37,481 bases of DNA from Candidatus Moraniibacteriota bacterium (lineage in GTDB: Bacteria > Patescibacteriota > Minisyncoccia > JAHIHE01 > DAOVOJ01), in the NCBI GenBank assembly GCA_030629775.1, contig DAOVOJ010000001.1:1-37481 (forward strand), given 5' to 3'. Made by a program: the position numbers and the translations under genes. This document shows, piece after piece, positions 9,516 to 18,456 of the stretch. The notes beneath the pieces were generated by a model. It was not told the DNA's origin and searched no databases. It was given only the letters and a program-made list of their open reading frames with translations. How positions within the stretch are numbered: position 1 is the stretch's first letter; every line of letters starts with the position of its first letter.

Positions 9516-10346
9516 ATGAAATACTCTTATCCAATCCTGATCTTTTTATTAACAGCCAATATTCTGGCGGGGCTTGCTTTTTTTGGTTTCAAAAACAGCG
9601 ACGCGGTAATAATAAATTTTTATGACATCGGGCAGGGCGATGGAATGATGATCGAAGCGGGCAATAATATTCAGGTTATCATTGACGGAGGATCAACGGA
9701 TAAAATCGTTGAAAAAATCGGGCGGGATCTGCCGTTCTATGATCGCAAAATAGAACTGGTAATTATGACTCATCCGGATAAAGATCATCTTGGCGGACTG
9801 GTGGATGTTTTGAAATATTATCAGGTGGAGCAAGTTTTGATTTCCGGAATTAAATGTGAGACGGCGATTTGCCGGGAGTGGGATAAAATGATCAAAGAAA
9901 AAAATGTTCCGATAAAAATCGCCCGGGCGGGACAAACAATTAATTTAGGCGGGGGAGCGTATCTGGGAATTCTTTCTCCCGCGGAAGATCTGTCCGGGCG
10001 TGAAATCAAAAACGACAACGATGCTTCAGTGGTGGCAAAATTAATAACTGATAATGGAAGCTCGGTTTTATTTACCGGCGACGCGGGATTTGAAATTGAA
10101 AATGAATTGATGGCGGGAAACGCCAACTTAAATTCCGACATTCTGAAAGCCTCCCATCACGGCAGCAAATACGCCACTTCGTCCGAGTTTTTAAAATCAG
10201 TCAGTCCGGAAACCGCGGTAATTTCGTCAGGAAAAAACAGTTACGGCCATCCGCATGAAGAATTAATTTCAAGGATTGAAAGTTACGGGGCGGCAATAAA
10301 GAGAACAGATTTGGAGGGGGATATAAAAATAGAAATTGAGAAATGA
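9516..10346 (+). CDS. ComEC/Rec2-type metallo-beta-lactamase domain protein (stand-alone, N-terminal TM helix)
   Basis: IGQGDGMMIE, MTHPDKDHLGG, FTGDAG, SHHGS and YGHPH are the MBL motifs as arranged in the ComEC C-terminal domain. Confidence 0.8.
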   Translation: MKYSYPILIFLLTANILAGLAFFGFKNSDAVIINFYDIGQGDGMMIEAGNNIQVIIDGGSTDKIVEKIGRDLPFYDRKIELVIMTHPDKDHLGGLVDVLKYYQVEQVLISGIKCETAICREWDKMIKEKNVPIKIARAGQTINLGGGAYLGILSPAEDLSGREIKNDNDASVVAKLITDNGSSVLFTGDAGFEIENELMAGNANLNSDILKASHHGSKYATSSEFLKSVSPETAVISSGKNSYGHPHEELISRIESYGAAIKRTDLEGDIKIEIEK

Positions 10347-10362
10347 CCCTGGTGTTGCCAAG

Positions 10363-10579
10363 TGTCATCCCTGAACTAAATTCAGGGCAGGCTCTGAGCG
10401 AGGCACGAGTCGAAGGATCCCGTGGTACGCGAAGAGAGTTGTTGTACAACACTAGATGAAACTAACACGGGATTCTTCGACTCCGCTCCGCTCCGCTCAG
10501 AATGACAGTGTGAGGACACGGGATTCTTCGGCTCCTAAAGCCTGCCCCGTACTTCGATACGGGGTCGCTCAGAATGACA
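10363..10579. repeat. Composite TGTCAT-family element (one left end, two right ends)
   Basis: tgtcatccctgaactaaattcaggg... with right ends ...cgctcagaatgaca at 10507 and 10579. Confidence 0.8.
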
Positions 10580-10605
10580 GTGTGAAAGAAATGCCAATTT
10601 AACTT

Positions 10606-10634
10606 TTGACAATTGTATAAACATTTGATAGGAT
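10606..10634 (+). promoter_or_regulatory. Candidate extended -10 promoter
   Basis: TTGACA-N17-TAGGAT, preceded by TGa. The tGATAGGAT arrangement matches the one upstream of tRNA-Arg (35214..35242). Confidence 0.4.
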
Positions 10635-10794
10635 AAATGCAACAAGTGAAGTAAAAATTATTAAGCTTGTAATCTTAATAAATTAAACCTGATTAGTTAT
10701 TGTATTTAAAATATAGAATATACTTATTTTTTGTCATTATAGCTAAAAGCAATTCAAAATACTCATCTGATAACAAATAGCATTGTAAATTTTA

Positions 10795-10823
10795 GAGCGA
10801 GACTGCGGTCTCTCGGGATGACA
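10795..10823. repeat. Solo right end of a TGTCAT-family element
   Basis: gagcgagactgcggtctctcgggatgaca. Confidence 0.6.
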
Positions 10824-10922
10824 AATTTGAGCGTGTAGATTCTAAAATGGTAATTGTTAAACTTAATTAACAATTATAACCAAACTAAAATACAAAACTG
10901 ATCGTTGAAAGGAAAATTAAAA

Positions 10923-12458
10923 ATGGAAATGTTGGATTTTAATGTGATCGTGATCATTCTAATTTCTTTAACAATGGGATGCGTGGCGGGATATTTTCTT
11001 CGCCAGACCCTTGCTAAAAAACAGGAGGAAACCGCCGAGGCGAAAGTAAACAAAATTTTTACTGAAGCGAAAGAAGGAGCGGCGGAAATACTTTTGAGCG
11101 CCAAAGATAAGGCGGTCAAAACATTTGACGATATGAAGCAGCAGGAAATGGAGAGAAACCGGCAGCTGATGGAAACGGAAAGAAGGATCAATCGCCGTGA
11201 GGAAGATTTAAAGCAAAAAGAAAAAGGCATAGACAAAGAAAGAAACACTTTGCAGGAAAAAGGAAAACAAATAATTCAGTTGAGAGATGAAGCGGAAGGG
11301 ATAAAAAAAGAGCAGATCGAGAAACTGGAAAAAGTTGCCGCTCTTGATCAAGAAAAAGCCAAAGAAATACTTTTAGATAAAGTTGAGCAGGATAATCAGG
11401 AAGAGATCATTAAAAAAATGAAACGGCTGGAAGCGGATGGCAAAGAAGAAATTGATAAAAAGGCGCAAGACATTATGACCCTGGCTATCCAGCGTTACGC
11501 CGGTTCGCAGTCCGCCGAGACAACCACTTCAACGGTGAACATTCCCGATGACGAAATAAAAGGAAGAATTATTGGGCGGGAAGGGCGAAATATCAAGTCG
11601 CTTGAGCGGCTGACCGGAGTGGAAGTTATCGTTGACGACACTCCGGAAGTAATTGTTGTTTCCAGTTTTGATCCTATTCGGCGGCAGGTAGCCAAATCGT
11701 CTTTAGAAAGGCTGATCGCTGACGGGAGAATTCATCCGGCAAGGATAGAGGAAACCGTTGAAAATGTTAAAAAAGAATTGGCCCTAAAGATTAAAAAAAT
11801 AGGCGAAGTAACCGTTCAGGATCTGGGAATGACCAGATTGGATCCGCGGCTGATCCAGCTTTTGGGGCGGTTAAAATTCAGAACCAGCTATGGGCAAAAT
11901 GTTTTGCTCCATTCGCTGGAAGTAGCTTATCTGTCGGCCAATATAGCTTCGGAAATTGGCGCTGATGTCGCGGTGGCAAAAAAGGCGGGTCTTCTTCATG
12001 ACATCGGAAAAGCGGTGGATCACGAAGTTGAAGGAACTCATGTGGAGATCGGAATGAACCTTTTGAAGAAATTCGGCATTTCCGACAAAGTCATTGACGC
12101 GATGAAATCCCATCACGAGGACTATCCTTTCGGATCCACCGAAGCGGTTATCGTTTATGCTGCTGACGCTATTTCCGCTTCCCGTCCGGGAGCGCGAAAA
12201 GATACTCTTGATAATTACCTCAAGAGATTAAGGGAATTGGAAGGCGTGGCTAACGATTTTGAAGGCGTGGAAAAAAGTTACGCCATTCAAGCGGGACGGG
12301 AAATCAGAATTTTTGTTACTCCCGAAAAAATCAGCGATTTACAGGCAGTCAAGCTATCGCGTGAGATCGCTGATAAAATTGAAGACGCTCTTGATTATCC
12401 GGGAGAGATAAAAGTGCATGTGATCAGAGAAACGAGAGTGGTGGATTACGCGAGATAG
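10923..12458 (+). CDS. rny: Ribonuclease Y
   Basis: N-terminal TM helix, long coiled coil, KH domain (GREGRNIKSLERLTGVEVIVDD) and HD domain (LLHDIGKA). The ATG at 10923 is preferred over the in-frame TTG at 10905. Confidence 0.93.
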   Translation: MEMLDFNVIVIILISLTMGCVAGYFLRQTLAKKQEETAEAKVNKIFTEAKEGAAEILLSAKDKAVKTFDDMKQQEMERNRQLMETERRINRREEDLKQKEKGIDKERNTLQEKGKQIIQLRDEAEGIKKEQIEKLEKVAALDQEKAKEILLDKVEQDNQEEIIKKMKRLEADGKEEIDKKAQDIMTLAIQRYAGSQSAETTTSTVNIPDDEIKGRIIGREGRNIKSLERLTGVEVIVDDTPEVIVVSSFDPIRRQVAKSSLERLIADGRIHPARIEETVENVKKELALKIKKIGEVTVQDLGMTRLDPRLIQLLGRLKFRTSYGQNVLLHSLEVAYLSANIASEIGADVAVAKKAGLLHDIGKAVDHEVEGTHVEIGMNLLKKFGISDKVIDAMKSHHEDYPFGSTEAVIVYAADAISASRPGARKDTLDNYLKRLRELEGVANDFEGVEKSYAIQAGREIRIFVTPEKISDLQAVKLSREIADKIEDALDYPGEIKVHVIRETRVVDYAR

Positions 12459-12473
12459 ATGAAAATTGGATAA

Positions 12474-12510
12474 ATCCCCTCCTTACCAAGGAGGGGGCAG
12501 GGGGAGGTTT
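12474..12510 (+). repeat. G-box copy in the rny/ymdB spacer
   Basis: atcccctccttaccaaggagggggcagggggaggttt. It forms a 9-bp GC hairpin followed by G-tracts. Confidence 0.75.
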
Positions 12511-12531
12511 AAAAAACAAGTCTAAAGTCTT

Positions 12532-13356
12532 ATGAAAATATTATTCTTTGGCGATGTTGTCGGGCGGGCGGCGAGGAGGTCTTTGTCTAAAATAATCGCC
12601 GAGTGCAAAAAAGAGGATCCTGAAATTTCTTTGGTGATCGCCAATGGCGAGAACGCCGCCCATGGAATGGGAATTACCAAGGGAGTTTTGGAGGAGATCT
12701 TGAGCGCCGGAGTTGATCTGGTAACTTTGGGTGATCACACCTGGGATATTAAAGGAGCGGTTGATTTGCTGGAAAAAAAAGATATTCCCGTGATCTGTCC
12801 GGCTAATTTTCCCAAATTAACTCTTGATAAGGGTTGGCGAATTTTGAGCGTAGGAAAAGAAAAAATCTTAGTGATAAATTTGATCGGGCGGGTGTTTATG
12901 AAGATTTACCCCGACTGTCCTTTTCGCGCAGTTGACGAGATTTTAAAAAAGTGCGAAAATAAGGCTAAGGTGATCATTGTTGATTTTCACGGCGAAGCGA
13001 CCAGCGAGAAAAACGCGTTGGGACATTATCTGGCCGGTAGAGTTTCGGCGGTATTAGGGACGCACACCCATATTCAAACAGCCGACGAAAGGATTATGAA
13101 AAACGGAACCGCCTATATTTCCGATGTTGGAATGGTTGGTCCCCTTGATTCAATTATCGGCGGCGACAAGGATGTTATTTTAGAGCAGTCTCTTACGCAG
13201 GTTCCTTTCAAGTATCAGCTTAGTCCCGATGAAAATGTTTTGGCCAACGCGGTTGTTTTGGACATTGACGAAAAAACAGGAAAAGCGAGAGGGATTAAGA
13301 GAGTGAGTAAAGTATTGAAGAGCGATGGTTGTATAAAAAAAGAAACAGGAAAGTAA
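12532..13356 (+). CDS. ymdB: YmdB-family metallophosphoesterase (2',3'-cyclic-nucleotide phosphodiesterase)
   Basis: MKILFFGDVVGR, ANGENAAHG, DFHGEATSEK and GTHTHIQTAD motifs. The position after rny matches the arrangement in Bacillus. Confidence 0.88.
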   Translation: MKILFFGDVVGRAARRSLSKIIAECKKEDPEISLVIANGENAAHGMGITKGVLEEILSAGVDLVTLGDHTWDIKGAVDLLEKKDIPVICPANFPKLTLDKGWRILSVGKEKILVINLIGRVFMKIYPDCPFRAVDEILKKCENKAKVIIVDFHGEATSEKNALGHYLAGRVSAVLGTHTHIQTADERIMKNGTAYISDVGMVGPLDSIIGGDKDVILEQSLTQVPFKYQLSPDENVLANAVVLDIDEKTGKARGIKRVSKVLKSDGCIKKETGK

Positions 13357-13460
13357 TTTTGAATTTGGTGCTTTTGGGCTAATGATTAGAATTTAAATTT
13401 AGACAATTTAGTTATTTCGCAATACAAATATAATAAGTAATAAAGAAAGGGGGTGAGACA

Positions 13461-13736
13461 ATGACAAAAGATGAATTAATAGAAGCAGTAGCCGCTCAGG
13501 CGGGAACTTCTAAAAAAGAAACTGAGACTATTGTTAACGCGGTTCTTGACACGATTACAAAAACTTTAACCGAGGGCGGAAAGATCGCTTTAACCGGTTT
13601 CGGAACTTTTTCAGTCAGTGACAGGGCGGCGCGAACAGGAGTTAATCCTCAGCACCCTGAACAAAAGATTCAAATTCCAGCGATGACGGTGCCTAAATTT
13701 AAAGCTGGTAAGAGCTTAAAAGACGCTGTTAAATAA
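13461..13736 (+). CDS. hup: HU-family DNA-binding protein
   Basis: 91 aa with GFGTFSVSDRAARTGVNPQ and the arm motif. GGGGGTGA-type SD upstream. Confidence 0.93.
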   Translation: MTKDELIEAVAAQAGTSKKETETIVNAVLDTITKTLTEGGKIALTGFGTFSVSDRAARTGVNPQHPEQKIQIPAMTVPKFKAGKSLKDAVK

Positions 13737-13770
13737 TTCCAGCAAACTTGGTACCAAAATTGCTGGCGCG

Positions 13771-13803
13771 AAAACCTCTATTATTTTTATGGAGGTTTTT
13801 GCT
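13771..13803 (+). terminator. Rho-independent terminator after hup
   Basis: aaaacctc-tattatttttat-ggaggtttt followed by a T-run. Confidence 0.65.
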
Positions 13804-13963
13804 TCATGTATGAGTGTATGAGTTGACCTTTTTTGTTTTTGCTGTATTATTGAATTATTGTATTACTCTATTGTTATATTGTTAAGTTTGCTATTTTCTA
13901 GTTTCTAATGGCCTATTTTTCAGAGATTGAATTTTAAGAAGCTAAAAAGCTAAGAAGCTAAAA

Positions 13964-14036
13964 CGGGGCGTAGCGTAACGGCTAACGCACTTGGTTTGGG
14001 ACCAAGGGACTCCGGGTTCGAATCCCGGCGCCCCGA
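13964..14036 (+). tRNA. tRNA-Pro (anticodon TGG)
   Basis: Hand-folded cloverleaf: acceptor cggggcg/cgccccg, D stem gcgt/acgc, anticodon stem cttgg/ccaag with loop ttTGGga, and T arm ccggg-ttcgaat-cccgg. CCA is not encoded. Confidence 0.9.
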
Positions 14037-14080
14037 CAAGACGAAATTTGACGGATTTTATCAAGTTTTAGAGTAATCTT

Positions 14081-14869
14081 ATGGAAAAACTTTTTATTAA
14101 AAACCGTAAAAGAGAAAATATATCTGTTCTTATTGAGAGAAGTGAGAACCAAAAAGGACTTGCTTTTGTTATGCACGGACTTGGCGGCTTCAAAGAGCAA
14201 GACCATATTACCACTTTCGCTAATGCGTTCAAAGAAAAAGGATTTACCGTTATTCGTTTTGATACCACAAACACGCTTGGTGAAAGTGGCGGGAAATATG
14301 AAGATGCTACAATCACGAATTATTACGAGGATTTAGAGGATGTCATCAAGTGGGCGCAAGAGCAAGAATGGTATCGGGAGCCGTTTGTGCTTTCGGGGCA
14401 TAGTTTGGGTGGAATTTGTACAATTCTTTATACCGAAAAATACCCCATAAAAGTTTTAGCTCTTGCACCCATTTCGTCGGTAGTTTCTGGGCAAATGACA
14501 CTTGACGCAGAACCAAAAGAAAGGGTTGCGGAGTGGGACAAAACGGGTTTGAAAATTAGTCCGAGCGAATCTAAGCCTGGCGTAATAAAAAAACTGAATT
14601 GGCGACAATTTGTTGATGATAGTTTGAAATACAATGTTCTAGAAAATACTGGCAAGCTCACAATGCCGGCTTTACTCATAACCGGAAGCGAAGATCATGG
14701 AACTCCTTATGAACATCAAAAAATATTCTATGATAAATTGTCTGGTCCAAAGGAAATTCATAAGATAAACGGAGCATCACATACTTTTCGCGCTAAAGAA
14801 CATTTGGCAGAAATTAAAAATATCTTTTTGAAATGGATTGACAAATATTTACTGCAAGTAAATAAGTGA
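14081..14869 (+). CDS. Alpha/beta-fold hydrolase
   Basis: 262 aa with HG oxyanion motif (FVMHGLGG), nucleophile elbow GHSLGG, a late Asp (GSEDHG) and His (GASHTF). Confidence 0.8.
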   Translation: MEKLFIKNRKRENISVLIERSENQKGLAFVMHGLGGFKEQDHITTFANAFKEKGFTVIRFDTTNTLGESGGKYEDATITNYYEDLEDVIKWAQEQEWYREPFVLSGHSLGGICTILYTEKYPIKVLALAPISSVVSGQMTLDAEPKERVAEWDKTGLKISPSESKPGVIKKLNWRQFVDDSLKYNVLENTGKLTMPALLITGSEDHGTPYEHQKIFYDKLSGPKEIHKINGASHTFRAKEHLAEIKNIFLKWIDKYLLQVNK

Positions 14870-15059
14870 GATAATAAGTGAGAGCGGCGTACCAAATTTG
14901 TTGGTATGAACTTCAGTAACCGTTCAAAAAAGGTTCACGTTTTATTTGGCAATTGCGACAAAAAATTAATCTTTTAACTCAGATGTTCTTTGTGATGTTG
15001 TACTTTGGAATAGAATTTAAGTGTATTAGAGTTCATTTTAAATTCAAGCTAACAATTTT

Positions 15060-15159
15060 CTTACCCTCTCCAACCTCCCCTCAACCCTCTCCCAATTTTC
15101 CAAAATCCCCACCCAAACCACCGGGAAATTGTTCCCAACTATATCCCGGCGCCCCGACA
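15060..15159 (+). repeat. Direct repeat A (island junction, ends in the tRNA-Pro 3' fragment)
   Basis: About 90 of 100 positions are identical to 23299..23398 by hand alignment. The last 17 nt equal the tRNA-Pro 3' end. Confidence 0.85.
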
Positions 15160-15204
15160 CTTTAGAAAAAGCAACTCTGCGAGGGGTTGTTTTTGTTTTG
15201 TTGC

Positions 15205-15233
15205 TTGAATTATTAGTGGTTTAATGATAACAT
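15205..15233 (+). promoter_or_regulatory. Candidate promoter of the methylase-nuclease-methylase operon
   Basis: TTGAAT-N17-TAACAT, about 50 nt upstream of 15285. Confidence 0.3.
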
Positions 15234-15284
15234 AAGAGCAAGGAAAAGGGGAGGGGATTTTGATTAGAAAATAAAAGACTAACT

Positions 15285-16067
15285 ATGCCAATTTTTAATG
15301 ATATTGATTTAAAAAATTGGAAAGAATCAGAAATTTGGACTGATAGTTTGTGGATGATTTCAGAACGGGATAAGTCAGGAAAACACAGCAATTTTTATCA
15401 CGGAAATTTTGTTCCACAAATTCCACGCCAGTTTATCTTGCGATACACAAAAAAGAACGATATAGTGCTTGATCCATTTGTTGGAAACGGAACAACCGCC
15501 TATGAAGCAGAGAGCTTAAAAAGGAATTTTATCGGGATTGATATTCAAAAAAGTTTAATAAATAAAATCAAAAAGAATTTAGATCAAAAGAATAATCTTT
15601 TTGAATTATTGACTGGTGATAGCGCAAATAAAAATACTTTTGAGCAAGTAAAAGAAATTTTTAAAAAACATAAAAAGAAAAATATTCAGCTGGCAATTTT
15701 ACATCCGCCGTATGCGGATATAGTAAAATTTAGCAGTCATAAAGAAGATTTGTCTAACGCAAAATCATTAAAAGAATTTTTAAGCAAATTTTCACAAGTT
15801 TTGGAAAATGCTATTTCAATTTTAGAAAGAAGTAGATATTTAATTATTGTTATTGGTGATAAATATACAAAAGGTCAATGGATTCCTTTAGGATTTTATT
15901 GTATGAATGAAGCGCAAAAATTGGGATTAACTTTGAAAAGTGTTATTATAAAAAATATGGAGGGAAATCGCGCTAAACAAAACAAAGAAGGTATTTGGCG
16001 ATACCGCGCGCTTTCAAGCGATTATTATATTTTTAAACATGAATATATTTTAGTTTTTAAAAATTGA
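15285..16067 (+). CDS. SAM-dependent DNA amino-methyltransferase (N6-A or N4-C)
   Basis: Motif I VLDPFVGNGTTAYEAESLKRNFIGIDI lies upstream of motif IV ILHPPYADI. A motif X-like FVPQIPRQFI precedes motif I. Confidence 0.75.
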   Translation: MPIFNDIDLKNWKESEIWTDSLWMISERDKSGKHSNFYHGNFVPQIPRQFILRYTKKNDIVLDPFVGNGTTAYEAESLKRNFIGIDIQKSLINKIKKNLDQKNNLFELLTGDSANKNTFEQVKEIFKKHKKKNIQLAILHPPYADIVKFSSHKEDLSNAKSLKEFLSKFSQVLENAISILERSRYLIIVIGDKYTKGQWIPLGFYCMNEAQKLGLTLKSVIIKNMEGNRAKQNKEGIWRYRALSSDYYIFKHEYILVFKN

Positions 16068-16071
16068 AATT

Positions 16072-17241
16072 ATGACAACACATGTATTTATAGTTGATTC
16101 AAAAACATTTAAACTTCACTTAGAGTATCTTTTTGCTGGAACGGGAGCGAAAGATAACCATATTGATTTTAATAACTCGGAAACGACTACTTTACATCAC
16201 ACAAAAGAGAATATATTAGCAGGTATGATTGCTGATGCAAACAGAATAAGACGAGGCGACCAAATAATTTTTTATTTACAGCAAGATTTTTCTAAAAAAA
16301 TATTTGAGGGTAAATTTTTCGGCATATTTACGGCTAAAAGTGATTGGTCTTTTTTAGATAATAATGATCATAATCAATATTTAGGCAATGAGCTTGGAAA
16401 ATCTTTAACATTCAGAACTATTATTGAACCATATAAAGTTTATTCCGAAGGTGTGACAGAATGGGAAGCGCTAGATGAAATAAAGAATATACAATCCCCG
16501 AATCAAATGCTTTGGAGTTTAATTTATCGTAAATTAAAAGGCAATCGTGGAAATACCATGATAACTATTTATGAGTCTGAAAGGTTGTGTCAATTAATTA
16601 GGGATAAAAATTCTAGACAAGAGATTGATGTTAATAATCGTAAGCTGACATTTGATCAAGATAGTCAAAAAATAATTTTAACTTCAGAAAATATAAATGA
16701 TTATATTGGAAGAAGGGAAGAAATGGATTTACTTCCGAGATTAATGGCTAAATATCAGGAGAATAAGTCATTTGAAACTCATCTACAGGCTTATATTGTA
16801 AGAAATATAGGGAAAGGAGTAAACGAATCGCTTGATAATTATGTTTTGGGACAAAATCTTGAGTTTGAATGGCTTGGAAATGAAGTGTCTTGCGGTGTTG
16901 GCATGCAAAGAATCGATATAATGATTTCAACAAATATAAACGATCAAAGAATTTTAATACCAGTAGAATTAAAATCAGTTGAAGCTGATGTAGTTAATGT
17001 AAAACAGATACAAAGATATATTGATTGGATAGAGCAATATTATACCCCTAACAGGCAAAGTGACATACAGCCAGTTTTGATTTCTAAAAAAATAAACAGT
17101 AAGAGCACGGAAAAATACCAAAGAATTATTGCCACTTTTAACGATTTCAATACTCAAAATTCTAGAAGGTGTAGTAATTTAAAATATATTGAGTATCATT
17201 TAGAAGATGATAACTTGATTTTTGAAGAAATAAATTATTGA
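16072..17241 (+). CDS. Putative restriction endonuclease: N-terminal PUA/EVE-like region plus C-terminal PD-(D/E)xK core
   Basis: It is tightly packed between two methylases (4-nt and 2-nt gaps). The C-terminal GMQRIDIMIS...ILIPVELKS fits D...ExK. The N-terminal HVFIVDSKTF...RRGDQIIFY...GKFFGIFTAKS resembles PUA-like reader folds, but weakly. Confidence 0.5.
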   Translation: MTTHVFIVDSKTFKLHLEYLFAGTGAKDNHIDFNNSETTTLHHTKENILAGMIADANRIRRGDQIIFYLQQDFSKKIFEGKFFGIFTAKSDWSFLDNNDHNQYLGNELGKSLTFRTIIEPYKVYSEGVTEWEALDEIKNIQSPNQMLWSLIYRKLKGNRGNTMITIYESERLCQLIRDKNSRQEIDVNNRKLTFDQDSQKIILTSENINDYIGRREEMDLLPRLMAKYQENKSFETHLQAYIVRNIGKGVNESLDNYVLGQNLEFEWLGNEVSCGVGMQRIDIMISTNINDQRILIPVELKSVEADVVNVKQIQRYIDWIEQYYTPNRQSDIQPVLISKKINSKSTEKYQRIIATFNDFNTQNSRRCSNLKYIEYHLEDDNLIFEEINY

Positions 17242-17243
17242 TT

Positions 17244-18323
17244 ATGAACTATATCGGTTCTAAATTATCACTTCTTGAATTTTTAGAAAATTCAATTAAT
17301 AAAGTAGTTAACAAAGACTGCCATGTTTTTTGTGATTTATTTGCTGGGACTGGAATTGTTGGGAATTATTTTAAAAAGAAAGGGTATAAAATAATCGCTA
17401 ATGATATTCAATATTATAGCTATGTTTTAAATAAACATTATATTGAAAATCACAAAGAATTAATGTTCTCAAAGTTAATAAGAGAATTATCTGAATTAAA
17501 AAAAGTAAAAACAGAAAACAGAAAAGATTTTGTTTGTGATTATTTGGAAAATTTAAAAGAAGTTAAAGGATTTGTTTATAAAAATTATTGTTTAGGCGGA
17601 ACGGAAGATAGAGAAATACAAAGGCAATATTTTTCAGACGCAAACGGAATGCGATGTGATGCGATAAGAAAGAAGATTGAAGAATGGAGAAAAGAGAAAT
17701 TGATAAATAATAATGAATATTATTTTTTGCTAACAAGTTTAATTGAATCAGTTGATAAATGCGCGAATACTGCTTCTGTTTATGGTGCATTTTTGAAAAA
17801 ATTAAAAGAATCCGCGCAAAAAAGTTTTGTTTTAAAACCAGCTGAATTAATTATTAATGATCAAGAACATAAAGTTTATAATGAAGACATAAATGTTTTA
17901 ACAAAAAAAATAAAAGGGGATATTCTATATTTAGATCCTCCATATAATCACAGGCAATATGCGTCAAATTATCACATACTTGAAACAATCGCAAAATATG
18001 ATAATCCCAAAATTCATGGCAAAACTGGATTAAGAGATTATGAAAATCAAAAGTCATTATATTGTTCTCGCGTGGAAGCAAAAAATGCTTTTAAAGATTT
18101 AATTTCAAAGGCAAAAGTAAAATATATCTTTTTAAGTTATAACAACGAAGGAATAATGTCTTTAGAAGATATAAAAGAAATTATGAGTTTGCGCGGGGAG
18201 TATGGACATTTTACAAAAGATTATAACAGATTTAAGGCAGATAAAAATAGAAATTATAAAGCAGACAGAACAGTTGAATATTTACATTATGTTGTTTGTG
18301 ATTCTGCAAAAATTGGTTTATAG
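17244..18323 (+). CDS. Dam-family (D12 class) N6-adenine DNA methyltransferase
   Basis: N-terminal MNYIGSKLSLL, motif I FCDLFAGTGIVG and motif IV LYLDPPYN. The ATG at 17244 is preferred over the TTG at 17238. Confidence 0.85.
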   Translation: MNYIGSKLSLLEFLENSINKVVNKDCHVFCDLFAGTGIVGNYFKKKGYKIIANDIQYYSYVLNKHYIENHKELMFSKLIRELSELKKVKTENRKDFVCDYLENLKEVKGFVYKNYCLGGTEDREIQRQYFSDANGMRCDAIRKKIEEWRKEKLINNNEYYFLLTSLIESVDKCANTASVYGAFLKKLKESAQKSFVLKPAELIINDQEHKVYNEDINVLTKKIKGDILYLDPPYNHRQYASNYHILETIAKYDNPKIHGKTGLRDYENQKSLYCSRVEAKNAFKDLISKAKVKYIFLSYNNEGIMSLEDIKEIMSLRGEYGHFTKDYNRFKADKNRNYKADRTVEYLHYVVCDSAKIGL

Positions 18324-18344
18324 CTCTCTCAAAATTTACATAAA

Positions 18345-18369
18345 AAGAGGAATAAGATCCTCTTTTTTT
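18345..18369 (+). terminator. Rho-independent terminator after the methylase
   Basis: aagagga-ataaga-tcctctt followed by T5. Confidence 0.6.
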
Positions 18370-18422
18370 GTACTTGTTTTTACTGTTCTATGTATGTTTT
18401 GTATTTTATGATGTAAAAATCC

Positions 18423-18450
18423 TTGACATATATTTTATTTATGCTAATCT
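18423..18450 (+). promoter_or_regulatory. Candidate promoter giving a leaderless lexA-like mRNA
   Basis: TTGACA-N16-TAATCT. The A of the ATG (18457) lies 7 nt after the -10, and there is no SD. Confidence 0.4.
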
Positions 18451-18456
18451 ATAAAT

